The notes below the pieces were generated by a model that had not been told where the DNA came from, searched no databases, and saw only the letters and a program-made list of their open reading frames with translations. From a virus (taxonomy: Duplodnaviria; Caudoviricetes), in IMG/VR virus record IMGVR_UViG_3300011422_000002, positions 1 to 44,718 of that record: a stretch of DNA of 44,718 nt. One strand, 5' to 3'. Shown one piece after another: positions 18,950 to 27,010 of this stretch. Both the position numbers and the translations under genes were made by a program. Position 1 is the first letter of the stretch. Each line of letters begins with the position of its first letter.

Positions 18950-19672
18950 CTACTCCTTTTCCACCTTGTGGTAGATGCCGGCGGCATCCTGTGTCATGAC
19001 TCCCCGCTCCAGCAGCATCGGAATCAGCTTGCGTTCCGCTTGAGCCTCCACCGCTGTCGCATGGCCGGTGACACTCTTGATGCTCATGTCGGTGAACAGC
19101 CACTGCATGAAGTCCCGGTCGTCCTTGCCGTCCAGATACTCGACAATCAGATCATAGATGCTCGCGCCCCCAGCGTTCCCGCCGAAGCCTTCCACACTCA
19201 CAATCTGCCATGCATCCGCATCTTGTGCTGCCCACTTCTGCCGCCCAGATGCATCAAGTACCGGCTCCCCTTCCTCATCCGTCTGTGGCCGGCGAATCCG
19301 ACAAGGCGCCCACGCCCACTCCTGCACCTTGCCAACCAGCACCTCATAGGGCTGATTATACTTGCTCGTCTCCTCCGCCGGGACGAGCTTCTTCACCGAC
19401 GCTGCCCATGCAGCCCACTGCGTCTCCGTCCGGTCGGAGTAGTTCACTGTGATGCTGACGATAGGAAACGGAAACGGCTCCTCGGTGTCAATCACTGTGA
19501 TATCCACGAAGTCGAACTGCAGACTCATCCGGGGCTTCGCATTTGGATTGTCCTCCGGGACATAGGCCTTCGGAGTCGCCGTCTTCAGCACCCCTTGGAA
19601 CCGAATCAGCGGGAATCCTTGCCGCTTCCCCTGGACTTCCAGACTGAATTTGAAATCACTGACTTGGGTCAC
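18950..19672 (-). CDS. Single-stranded DNA-binding-like protein (putative)
   Basis: Beta-rich OB-like N-terminus; sits in the exonuclease/Sak4 module. Confidence 0.45.
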   Translation of the reverse strand: MTQVSDFKFSLEVQGKRQGFPLIRFQGVLKTATPKAYVPEDNPNAKPRMSLQFDFVDITVIDTEEPFPFPIVSITVNYSDRTETQWAAWAASVKKLVPAEETSKYNQPYEVLVGKVQEWAWAPCRIRRPQTDEEGEPVLDASGRQKWAAQDADAWQIVSVEGFGGNAGGASIYDLIVEYLDGKDDRDFMQWLFTDMSIKSVTGHATAVEAQAERKLIPMLLERGVMTQDAAGIYHKVEKE

Positions 19673-19971
19673 TTGATCGCCCTTTCATGGCACTCATCGG
19701 CGTCGAACCGAGAGCTTGTGCATATGCAGTCGGGGCCATTACAGCCCCCATTCAGCCTATGCATTTCGGAACGGTGATTACAGTAGATAACCTCTTCCTC
19801 CTCCGGGAACAACTGGATTTCAGGTACCTCACTACCGATGTACATTTCCGGTAGTGTAAACCTCATTGGGAGTACAATATGTACTTGATTCGTCTCCGTG
19901 GAGATAACGATGCTGTTCTCCACCATCTTCATCTCCGTAGCATCCCAGAAGATCAACTCCATCCGACTCAT
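19669..19971 (-). CDS. Hypothetical protein with C-terminal Cys/His cluster
   Basis: ATGA coupling at 19968-19971; CNH..H...C...CIC. Confidence 0.55.
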   Translation of the reverse strand: MSRMELIFWDATEMKMVENSIVISTETNQVHIVLPMRFTLPEMYIGSEVPEIQLFPEEEEVIYCNHRSEMHRLNGGCNGPDCICTSSRFDADECHERAIK

Positions 19972-20255
19972 TCCGGGTGACTCCTCTGGTATTGTTTTGG
20001 ACTGTATATTCCATTGTTCGGATACCACTTCTTCTTTAACACGTCCCAGTCGTACCACCGGCCCTCCAAATCATAGTAGTCCGCAAGTGCATTCTGCCTC
20101 GAACGAACTACCACTGTCATGTATCTCACAGCTTCCGCCATCCTTGGTCGGCCACCAAGCAGTGGTGTATCGAGCGGAACCCTCGAGAATCTCCCCGCGT
20201 GTTCCGTGTACTCATACACCTCATTCTTGCTATGAGAGTTCTTACCTCTTACCAC
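19968..20255 (-). CDS. Hypothetical protein
   Basis: GGAGGG RBS; coupled at both ends. Confidence 0.55.
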   Translation of the reverse strand: MVRGKNSHSKNEVYEYTEHAGRFSRVPLDTPLLGGRPRMAEAVRYMTVVVRSRQNALADYYDLEGRWYDWDVLKKKWYPNNGIYSPKQYQRSHPE

Positions 20256-20383
20256 TATATCCCTCCTTTAATAAACCTCTCCACCTCTTCAATTGTAGCG
20301 GCGAAGCTGGATATCCGCCCGTCCTTCCAAATAGCATACGGCTGCTGCCGGCCTTCGGTGTAGGTAACCTTGTACTTCCCCAT
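20255..20383 (-). CDS. 42-aa beta-beta-beta-alpha microprotein
   Basis: MGKYKVTY...AATIEEVERFI; GAGGA RBS; TAATG coupling. Confidence 0.55.
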   Translation of the reverse strand: MGKYKVTYTEGRQQPYAIWKDGRISSFAATIEEVERFIKGGI

Positions 20384-20478
20384 TATCCGCGTCCTCGGAA
20401 GCCTTCGATTATGAGGTATGCTAGTACCCCGAGGCCCGTTACTACCAGCACCGACTGCATTGCCACTGTCGGGTCCAT
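20383..20478 (-). CDS. 31-aa single-TM peptide (not in ORF track)
   Basis: MDPTVAMQSVLVVTGLGVLAYLIIEGFRGRG; TGATG/TAATG couplings. Confidence 0.6.
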   Translation of the reverse strand: MDPTVAMQSVLVVTGLGVLAYLIIEGFRGRG

Positions 20479-20594
20479 CAGTCTTCTTCTCCGATGAATT
20501 CAACTATCTCATCCCCCTCCCTGAACCCGGTGTCCTCGGGCAGCAGCCACCAGTCACCGCAGCAGTCACACTTGAACCAATCAAACTTTATCAC
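20478..20594 (-). CDS. 38-aa acidic Cys microprotein (not in ORF track)
   Basis: MIKFDWFKCDCCGDWW...; fills the gap and is coupled to the next gene. Confidence 0.5.
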   Translation of the reverse strand: MIKFDWFKCDCCGDWWLLPEDTGFREGDEIVEFIGEED

Positions 20595-20811
20595 GTTTCC
20601 AGCCCCTATCACAGATGAAACATGGAGTGGTTGCTGTCACGCACCCACAAGTTTTGCACTTCTTCCATGGCAGCTGTTCTAGATAACACTTGCCACAGAT
20701 TTGACCAACTTCACATACGTTACCCTCGTAAGCCCAGAAGAATTTCGAACAGTACACGCACTCAATATCACCTATCCATTTCTTATCCCCGTCGTATCCA
20801 GTCAGCGCCAC
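20581..20811 (-). CDS. Cys-rich Zn-finger-like protein
   Basis: Four CxxC pairs. Confidence 0.6.
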   Translation of the reverse strand: MALTGYDGDKKWIGDIECVYCSKFFWAYEGNVCEVGQICGKCYLEQLPWKKCKTCGCVTATTPCFICDRGWKRDKV

Positions 20812-21305
20812 CAGTTATACCAGTGTCTCTGAAAGCTCCTACCACCATCGAGCCACTTCGCATACCCGGCTGCTACATTTGTCGCCGGGTCTCCCAAGCC
20901 CTGACATGGTAGCAATTGCATACAGCCGCAAGCTCCACTACTGGAGTTCACAACCATAGGATTATGACCAGATTCGTGCTGAATCACGTAGTCCACCTCA
21001 GTCAGCGGCCAGTCATAGACACTAGCCGCCGCCATGCAACTGCCACCGCTTACACTTGCAGCACTCACACCGCTTCCTACTGGTACTAATGTAAACATTC
21101 TCGTTGGCGCAGGTGGTGCAGTGGGCGTAGCCGTAGGCGTGGGTGATGGCATGACCTCGAGGCCCAAGCTGTGCTGCATTATCCCTAGCACTGGCATCGG
21201 CGTCGCTGTTCGTTGGTTCTGTGGGGCTACTTCCCATGGTTCTGGCTCCAATTCGGGGCTGCAGGCTACTAGCCCAACAGCCAAGATGATAATCGCTACT
21301 TTCAT
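20802..21305 (-). CDS. Lipoprotein with lytic transglycosylase (SLT/Rpf-like) domain
   Basis: Lipobox LVAC; Pro/Thr linker; HESGHNP..VN..SGACGCMQL catalytic motif. Confidence 0.82.
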   Translation of the reverse strand: MKVAIIILAVGLVACSPELEPEPWEVAPQNQRTATPMPVLGIMQHSLGLEVMPSPTPTATPTAPPAPTRMFTLVPVGSGVSAASVSGGSCMAAASVYDWPLTEVDYVIQHESGHNPMVVNSSSGACGCMQLLPCQGLGDPATNVAAGYAKWLDGGRSFQRHWYNWWR

Positions 21306-21460
21306 TTTACCTCACATGATGGGCATTGAAGGAAAGCTAATCATCCACCTCCAGATTACTATGAACTGATTCCAGTCGAACCACTCAGCGGGGCACACAG
21401 GTACACAACCTCGTTCCGTGCCAGCCGTAGAGCTTACAGAATTCTTCCGGTTTCAGCGGT

Positions 21461-21943
21461 TCACTCATCAAATCCGTCCTCCCAATCTTCTTCGCGCTCG
21501 ATGGTGGCCTCCGACCCTGCGAGGGCGCTGTCGCTTATCAGCCACACAGCTTCGAGTATGTCGTCGGGGTAGTTCTTGCTCGCCTTCAATGCGTCGATAG
21601 CGTTCATGTTCGTTCGCAGCCACGCAGCCTCCGTCCGCGCTTTCGTCAAGTCATCCCGCAGGAAACTCATGGTGTCGAGTGCCGCACCCCAATCCGCTCG
21701 CAGCCGCTCAGCCTCTCCTTTCAGATCGTCTCCTCGCTTCTGTTCGAGTTGAAAGTCCCGCCGATATTTAACTAGGTCCTGCCGCAGCCGCTCAGCCTCC
21801 AGCGCCAGGTCGAGGATTTGGGATTGCTCGCAGGGCCACCCCTGACAGCCAGACCTCACACAAATAGACGCACCCTCACGCCAAGGCCGGTGCTCACCCC
21901 GCAGTTTCTGTAGCCGTTCCCTATCCATCATCCTCACCCCCAC
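21461..21943 (-). CDS. Hypothetical coiled-coil protein with N-terminal H..C..C.WPC motif
   Basis: HRP...C...CQGWPC and three EAxxLR repeats; start uncertain. Confidence 0.6.
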   Translation of the reverse strand: MGVRMMDRERLQKLRGEHRPWREGASICVRSGCQGWPCEQSQILDLALEAERLRQDLVKYRRDFQLEQKRGDDLKGEAERLRADWGAALDTMSFLRDDLTKARTEAAWLRTNMNAIDALKASKNYPDDILEAVWLISDSALAGSEATIEREEDWEDGFDE

Positions 21944-22088
21944 TCAGCACTCTCCCCACTTCCCACTCCACCTCACAATCCCGTGAGCAGAACTCATAGT
22001 CCGTCCAGTACTCCCTTCCACAGACCTTGCACTCATTCGGCCCTACATCATAGTTATGTGGCGGATCAACTCGTCCACCCATCATATT
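21921..22088 (-). CDS. Small Zn-finger protein
   Basis: CKVCG...FCSRDC; AAGGAAG RBS. Confidence 0.55.
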   Translation of the reverse strand, partial: NMMGGRVDPPHNYDVGPNECKVCGREYWTDYEFCSRDCEVEWEVGRVLSGGEDDG

Positions 22089-22191
22089 CCACTTCCTTTC
22101 TAGTTGGGGGCCGGAAGGGCGGGTATTTCCCTTCCAGTCCCCCGAGGCACCGACTTCAATTCCGTCCCTGAAGTCGGGGAGGGAGGCCTCC

Positions 22192-22410
22192 TTAATCCAC
22201 TCCGAAGACCTTGTCTTGACAGGCCTGACACAGCCGAGAAATCCCAAACTCCCGGATACTCCCCTCATCCCTGAAGTTCTCCGGCAGCAAATCAGTTTTC
22301 AGGCACATCGCGCAGTCCGCTCGCTTGAAGATATTCCCCTCGTGCCCCGCAAAGGCGGTCAGCATCTCCTCCATCTGCTCACTTTTATTCGACTTCGGCG
22401 GCCAGTCCAT
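22192..22410 (-). CDS. Small Zn-binding phage protein
   Basis: CAMC...FRDEGSIREFGISRLCQACQDKVF motif. Confidence 0.7.
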   Translation of the reverse strand: MDWPPKSNKSEQMEEMLTAFAGHEGNIFKRADCAMCLKTDLLPENFRDEGSIREFGISRLCQACQDKVFGVD

Positions 22411-22720
22411 CTCTTACCTCCATTCTTGGTAGCGGATACATGAGCAGTACTGTCTCCAGCACCTCCTCATATTCCTCTTCCGTCCCAATCTTTTCGAACC
22501 AGTCAGTGTCCCTCACCACTGCCATCATCCACTCGGGATGTCGCATACAGGTGTGCACGAGTGACACACAGATCGTAGATATCTCCGCGGAGAGCAATTC
22601 AACCAGTGGCCTCGGCATCATAGCCACATTGTCAGCCATGCTCATGCCAAAGAGCCGGGCCCTCATCTCCGGCGGCTCCTCGTCCACCATCCTTTGAATC
22701 AGTTCCTCCCTCTTACTCAT
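22385..22720 (-). CDS. Hypothetical protein
   Basis: Purine-rich coding pattern; coupled genes. Confidence 0.65.
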   Translation of the reverse strand: MSKREELIQRMVDEEPPEMRARLFGMSMADNVAMMPRPLVELLSAEISTICVSLVHTCMRHPEWMMAVVRDTDWFEKIGTEEEYEEVLETVLLMYPLPRMEVRDGLAAEVE

Positions 22721-22893
22721 CCTTCCATCACCTCCACGTGTTCAGTGAAGTGGCTCACATGCCTGCAACCACACACCGCCTTCACCGCTTTCCCCGGCCC
22801 CTTCGTTCGGAGCCCCTCAACTATATATTGGCACGGGCCAAGTGGCACCTGATACAGAAGATGCACACAACTCGGACATCTTGTTGCTTTCAT
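22717..22893 (-). CDS. 58-aa Cys/His microprotein (not in ORF track)
   Basis: MKATRCPSC...CGCRH; ATGA couplings at both ends. Confidence 0.6.
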   Translation of the reverse strand: MKATRCPSCVHLLYQVPLGPCQYIVEGLRTKGPGKAVKAVCGCRHVSHFTEHVEVMEG

Positions 22894-23051
22894 CGTACTC
22901 CCATGTGTCCCTTGTCAATGCAATCCTTGCAGAGTGCAAACGTCCCCAGCACTGTCTTGACCGCTCGCGTGCCCCGCCTTGGTTGTGGCTCATCATAGGG
23001 GTGGTCACTCACCCGGCCGAAATGTGAACTGTGCTCACACTCGCACTTCAC
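22890..23051 (-). CDS. 53-aa Cys/His microprotein (not in ORF track)
   Basis: MKCECEHSSH...LCKDC; GTGA/ATGA couplings. Confidence 0.6.
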   Translation of the reverse strand: MKCECEHSSHFGRVSDHPYDEPQPRRGTRAVKTVLGTFALCKDCIDKGHMGVR

Positions 23052-23221
23052 CTACAAATGTCCTTTGACTGTTCAACCACCTTCCGGTGCTTCCCACACA
23101 CCGGGAGCATGTTGCCTTCCCACGATACCTTCTGGTTAGTCAACACGAACTTCATCGTGTTCGCCGGCCCATTCAGGCACCACAGACAATAATTAAGCGC
23201 CGGCTTTGCTTTGCTAGTCAA
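23048..23221 (-). CDS. 57-aa Zn-finger microprotein (not in ORF track)
   Basis: CLWC...VCGKH; overlapping couplings. Confidence 0.55.
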   Translation of the reverse strand: MTSKAKPALNYCLWCLNGPANTMKFVLTNQKVSWEGNMLPVCGKHRKVVEQSKDICR

Positions 23222-23459
23222 CTACCCAGCCCTCCTTCAACAATTCATCCACGTCGAACTCAACCCAGTCAAGCCCAACATGGGTGTCCCACAGGTTAGC
23301 ACCGTAAGCTACCCTCAACCGCCCATGCTCTTCGCTTATCAGCGCCACACAAGGCTCAAGCCCCCACTTCCGTTTAATCGGGAGCAGGGGCCATCGAGGC
23401 CAATAATCAGGCGACTCTATCATGGCCTTGTCCGTCATCAGCCACATCTCCTCGTTCAC
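23214..23459 (-). CDS. Hypothetical phage protein
   Basis: WPRWPLLPIKR...ELLKEGWVVD; GTGA coupling. Confidence 0.7.
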   Translation of the reverse strand: MNEEMWLMTDKAMIESPDYWPRWPLLPIKRKWGLEPCVALISEEHGRLRVAYGANLWDTHVGLDWVEFDVDELLKEGWVVD

Positions 23460-23641
23460 TCCCGTACCCTCCGATGAACCCCGGACTCATGCGCCTTTTG
23501 AGCACACCACTTACACACCCACATCCTGAACTCTTTAGTGTCTCCGGTGAAGTCTCGGATATCGCGGGTGAACCCACACCTTGGACAGGAAGCCCATGTG
23601 AGCCCCGCCTTAATTGCCCGGTCGTAGCTGCGCTCCTTCAT
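23456..23641 (-). CDS. Small Zn-finger protein
   Basis: CPRC...CKWC; GGAGG RBS. Confidence 0.6.
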   Translation of the reverse strand: MKERSYDRAIKAGLTWASCPRCGFTRDIRDFTGDTKEFRMWVCKWCAQKAHESGVHRRVRE

Positions 23642-23817
23642 GCCTCCACCCCGACATGTTCACTGCATCGAAGATCCATCATCTTCTCTGGCTCATCTCG
23701 ATATGCTTTCACTGCCTTCTTCCCGCAGTATTCCCAGAAGATGGGCTTGGGCCGCTGCACTGGCAGGTTGCACGGCCATATAGCTCCATCATTCGGTGGC
23801 ATGGGTACTTCCTTCAT
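23638..23817 (-). CDS. 59-aa Cys/His microprotein (not in ORF track)
   Basis: C...CGKKA...CSEH; ATGA couplings at both ends; GGAGG RBS. Confidence 0.6.
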   Translation of the reverse strand: MKEVPMPPNDGAIWPCNLPVQRPKPIFWEYCGKKAVKAYRDEPEKMMDLRCSEHVGVEA

Positions 23818-24497
23818 TTCAGCCTCCGCTGCCCGGCACCCTGCCCCACTCCTGCATTTATGCCCATCCTCGACCCGGCTGCCGCTCCCAAGTCATACCC
23901 TGCACCCACTCGGTCAGGCCGCGAACTCCCCAGAAATGGATACCACTGCTTAACAGCGGATTCCAACTCCCTTCCCTGCACCACCATCAACTTCATGGAC
24001 TCCGGTGATTCTCTTCGGAATGCTTCCGTCCGCTTGGACAACCGCTCATCCAGCCGACCAATGGCGCCATAGGCGAATGAACTCATGTACTGTGTGGGAT
24101 TCCCTTCCCCATACAAGTCCCATGCGCTTTCCGATAACAGCCGGATGCGTCGTTCCAGTTGAGCGTACACATACTCGCTGATGTCGAGGTTACTCCTCTG
24201 CCCCATCACTGCAATCGTGTGTTCCCCGTTATGCAGTATGACTGTTTGGCAGGCATTCGCCTTCGACACCACATGATACAGTGACTGCGCCCACCGGGCC
24301 TTGTTTTTGAGTTTAACAAGGTCCCTGCAGTACCTTTCCGGTTTGGCCCCCGGTAGGTCCGCTAGACTCAGGTTATATTTATGCAGCAACTCTTGCGCCT
24401 TTTCGGCCGCCGCCGCTGATTCATGCTCATTCGAGGATTTCGCCAACTCAAACAGTCGACGAATCTTCTCGAGCATCCTCTGTTCATCCGATTCCAC
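23814..24497 (-). CDS. DUF2786-family protein
   Basis: LEKIRRLFELAKSSNEHESAAAAEKAQELLHKYNL signature; SFAYG and AGYDLG..AG motifs. Confidence 0.85.
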   Translation of the reverse strand: MESDEQRMLEKIRRLFELAKSSNEHESAAAAEKAQELLHKYNLSLADLPGAKPERYCRDLVKLKNKARWAQSLYHVVSKANACQTVILHNGEHTIAVMGQRSNLDISEYVYAQLERRIRLLSESAWDLYGEGNPTQYMSSFAYGAIGRLDERLSKRTEAFRRESPESMKLMVVQGRELESAVKQWYPFLGSSRPDRVGAGYDLGAAAGSRMGINAGVGQGAGQRRLK

Positions 24498-24556
24498 TAA
24501 CCAACTCCACACATTTGTCACCCTAACAACCACACACCTGGGCAGGAACCTGTTCG

Positions 24557-24748
24557 TTAACTCAGTTTATCGCACCGCGAACTTACAACCCGCTGTCTAT
24601 TAGGACATAGTTCATCGGCTTCCCACTTACAATCCTCGTTCCACTCTTCGAAGTATGCATAGTTGAGTCGTCGCCAAAACTGGTCGTCCCATCTCTTAAC
24701 CTGATTAGCCGTGGGAACTTCACCTCGTCGGCGTTCCACCCTAATCAA
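24557..24748 (-). CDS. Hypothetical protein
   Basis: Fills the operon and overlaps the upstream stop. Confidence 0.45.
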   Translation of the reverse strand: MIRVERRRGEVPTANQVKRWDDQFWRRLNYAYFEEWNEDCKWEADELCPNRQRVVSSRCDKLS

Positions 24749-24998
24749 CCAGCGCGTGATACAACCTGGATGGTAGCATCCAGTATGTCATATCACCCTC
24801 GCCATGTTCTTCCAGTGTGCGCATTAGATGCGCCGCGGATGCGAACTCGATATCCGTCGCGATGATGCTGCCGGTGAAGGTATGAACCACTGGATCATCC
24901 GCCCTTTGCACCAACTCACCGATATCGAACTCGTATCCACACACCACTGTGTAATACAACCTGTCCAACCTGATCTGTTCTAGTTCTAATCGAGGCAC
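24741..24998 (-). CDS. Hypothetical acidic protein
   Basis: GGAGGT RBS. Confidence 0.6.
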   Translation of the reverse strand: MPRLELEQIRLDRLYYTVVCGYEFDIGELVQRADDPVVHTFTGSIIATDIEFASAAHLMRTLEEHGEGDMTYWMLPSRLYHALVD

Positions 24999-25136
24999 AC
25001 TTACACCTCCACGGTGTATACCGGGTCACCCCAGTGTGTGGCTCCTGCCCATGTATGCGGCTGTTAAGGTGCGTTCCAGTGATTCCGCACTGGTGGTTGG
25101 GTGTCCGTCCACCCATCCACGAGTGATGAACCCTAC

Positions 25137-25313
25137 CTACTCGTCGCCGACGATGGCTTCCAGGTCGAGTGTAAATGCGCTGGCGAACAAGTCACCCACC
25201 GCATTGTCACACTCTTCGATGGCCTCGTTGACGGCGGATTCCTTGTCATCATAGGGTCCACTGAACCTGGTGGCACTGATGTCCCAGTATACCACAAACC
25301 ATTTCTTTTCCAA
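25137..25313 (-). CDS. 58-aa acidic protein, first gene of the main early operon (not in ORF track)
   Basis: GAGGTG RBS plus TTG; MEKKWFVVYWD...GPYDDKESAVNEAIEE...GDE. Confidence 0.65.
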   Translation of the reverse strand: MEKKWFVVYWDISATRFSGPYDDKESAVNEAIEECDNAVGDLFASAFTLDLEAIVGDE

Positions 25314-25363
25314 ACCACACCTCGTTGACAGTGTACGGGAGTTGGTTTCCCCCCGTCCACTAC

Positions 25364-25392
25364 ATTATATCATAACTCGTCAAGGTTGTCAA
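25364..25392 (-). promoter_or_regulatory. Consensus sigma70/SigA early promoter
   Basis: TTGACA-17 bp-TATAAT with extended TG. Confidence 0.88.
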
Positions 25393-25440
25393 TACCCAAA
25401 TTCCACAATGTAACATATCTCCTATACCAACATTGAATGG

Positions 25441-25469
25441 TTGACAGCTAATCAAGTTCGTGGTACAAT
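25441..25469 (+). promoter_or_regulatory. sigma70/SigA promoter for the GIY-YIG gene (probably leaderless)
   Basis: TTGACA-17 bp-TACAAT with extended TG; ATG 8 nt downstream. Confidence 0.82.
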
Positions 25470-25477
25470 GCGGGGTT

Positions 25478-25729
25478 ATGAGAGTTGACACTCAACAGTA
25501 CATATATGCACTTCGCACTGTTCACGGCCGGGCCTATTATGTAGGGCATACTGGTTACCTTCACGGCCGCATCAAACAACATATAACTAATAACCAGCCC
25601 GCTTTCACCGTTGACATATTAGAGTACCTCGGCCTGGATAATACCAACTATCAAAGGGCCGAACGCTGGTGGGTGAATGAACTCATCCGTCGTGGCGAGC
25701 CGATACAAAACCAGCTCCTCGTTTCCTAG
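25478..25729 (+). CDS. Minimal GIY-YIG nuclease-family protein
   Basis: YIYAL...YYVGHT...R..QH...AE..W...NQ. Confidence 0.8.
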   Translation: MRVDTQQYIYALRTVHGRAYYVGHTGYLHGRIKQHITNNQPAFTVDILEYLGLDNTNYQRAERWWVNELIRRGEPIQNQLLVS

Positions 25730-25775
25730 TGTCCCGCAACCCTGCACAGTCCCTGTGTCCCGCATCCACTGGCCA

Positions 25776-25843
25776 AAAGCGCGGCCCCATCGCGGGGCAA
25801 AAAGGAACCCCGGAACCAGGGGCCTATCGTCCTGATTCCGGGG
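25776..25843 (-). terminator. Tandem intrinsic terminators
   Basis: CCCCGGAA..CAGG/CCTG..TTCCGGGG and GCCCC/GGGGC stems, each followed by a T-run on the - strand. Confidence 0.65.
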
Positions 25844-25864
25844 CTGCTCGGTTGAGCGTGGGGG

Positions 25865-26650
25865 TTAGCGCGTTGCGCCAATCTTGGCGGCCAGCTTCGT
25901 GACCTCGGCGTTGAAACCAGGGCCGGACTTCATGGGCTCGTTCCCATTCGGTCCCCACTTCGGCTCCTTCCAGTTGTGCGCTCGGTCAACAGCCAACTCG
26001 CCGAATCCGGGGCTGATCTCATCCCCGTACTTCAACAGCAGCTGCTGGCTGGAGTAGGTGGAACCGTCAGGCATAGTCCATGCATTTCGGTTCTTCCCAT
26101 CCGCGCTGGTTCCGTTACCTGCGCTCGGCGTCCGGCTAACCGACCGCTTCGCGACGGGCCTCGACGAGTCCATGACACTGACCTGAATCCCGCCATCCGG
26201 GCCAAAGGTGACATGAACGCTGGTGAGCGACAGCTCACGGGCTCGATCCTCGAACGGCGCAATGAACTCGTGAACCTGTTCGCGAAGGTCGGTGGAGAAC
26301 TCCACGCGCTCCGTTGCGAGCAGATCGTACAGTGCGCTCGCCTTGTTCGCATTCGCCCGGTCGAGCGACGCTTTCGCGCGCTTGATCGCCTCGGCAAACT
26401 CGAGCATCTTGGTCAGATCCCCGGCAGCATCCGCGAATGTACCCTGAACAGCGTCCACCTCCGCTTGCGCGGTTGCAATCGCCTGATCGAGTGCTTCGAC
26501 ATTCACTGCCGGAACTTCCGGCGTCTCTTCTCCACCCTCGGTATCCTCGGGCGTGAGGGGCTCGTCGTCAGTTACCTGACCTTCTTCTGGGTTGATCTCT
26601 TCGCCGATATCTTCGGCGTTAGTGTCCCCTGTCGGGGTGACTTTTGGCAT
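25865..26650 (-). CDS. Hypothetical protein (acidic N-terminus, coiled coil, basic linker, small C-terminal domain)
   Basis: Long ORF with biased codon use; function unknown. Confidence 0.75.
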   Translation of the reverse strand: MPKVTPTGDTNAEDIGEEINPEEGQVTDDEPLTPEDTEGGEETPEVPAVNVEALDQAIATAQAEVDAVQGTFADAAGDLTKMLEFAEAIKRAKASLDRANANKASALYDLLATERVEFSTDLREQVHEFIAPFEDRARELSLTSVHVTFGPDGGIQVSVMDSSRPVAKRSVSRTPSAGNGTSADGKNRNAWTMPDGSTYSSQQLLLKYGDEISPGFGELAVDRAHNWKEPKWGPNGNEPMKSGPGFNAEVTKLAAKIGATR

Positions 26651-26750
26651 TTCCAACTTTCCGGGCTTCGCCCTGTGTGATAGGCCGTTCCTGTTCGGAA
26701 CCTCCCTGCAATCGCAGGGGCGCACGACTTTCACGCCAGCCTGTTCAAAG

Positions 26751-26969
26751 TTACCCGAGTCGCAACTGCTTTCGGCACAACCCGCAAGTTACATATCGAT
26801 AATTCCTCGTTGTGTCAGGTGATGCGGCCGAGTATCGGCAGCCTCGGTCGTAATGGATGAGGCGAGTACGGTCGGGGCATTCGCACAGAAGTTCGTGGTC
26901 AGTGTTGACCGTTGCAATCTGGCGTTTGCAGCCGTATTCGCGACCCTTGAAATAACCGTGGTGAATCAT
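26751..26969 (-). CDS. Small Zn-finger protein
   Basis: IH...C....TT....VTCGLC; downstream of a promoter. Confidence 0.55.
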   Translation of the reverse strand: MIHHGYFKGREYGCKRQIATVNTDHELLCECPDRTRLIHYDRGCRYSAASPDTTRNYRYVTCGLCRKQLRLG

Positions 26970-27010
26970 GGGGAAGGTGGGGCACCTCGTTTGTTCATTT
27001 CCATATATGG

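Noticed and set aside
18608-19777. 389-aa + strand ORF
   Set aside because: Antisense shadow of real - strand genes
22120-22129. 10-nt complementarity between this hairpin loop and the replication-gene leader (~29150)
   Set aside because: A 10-mer match is expected by chance in 44 kb
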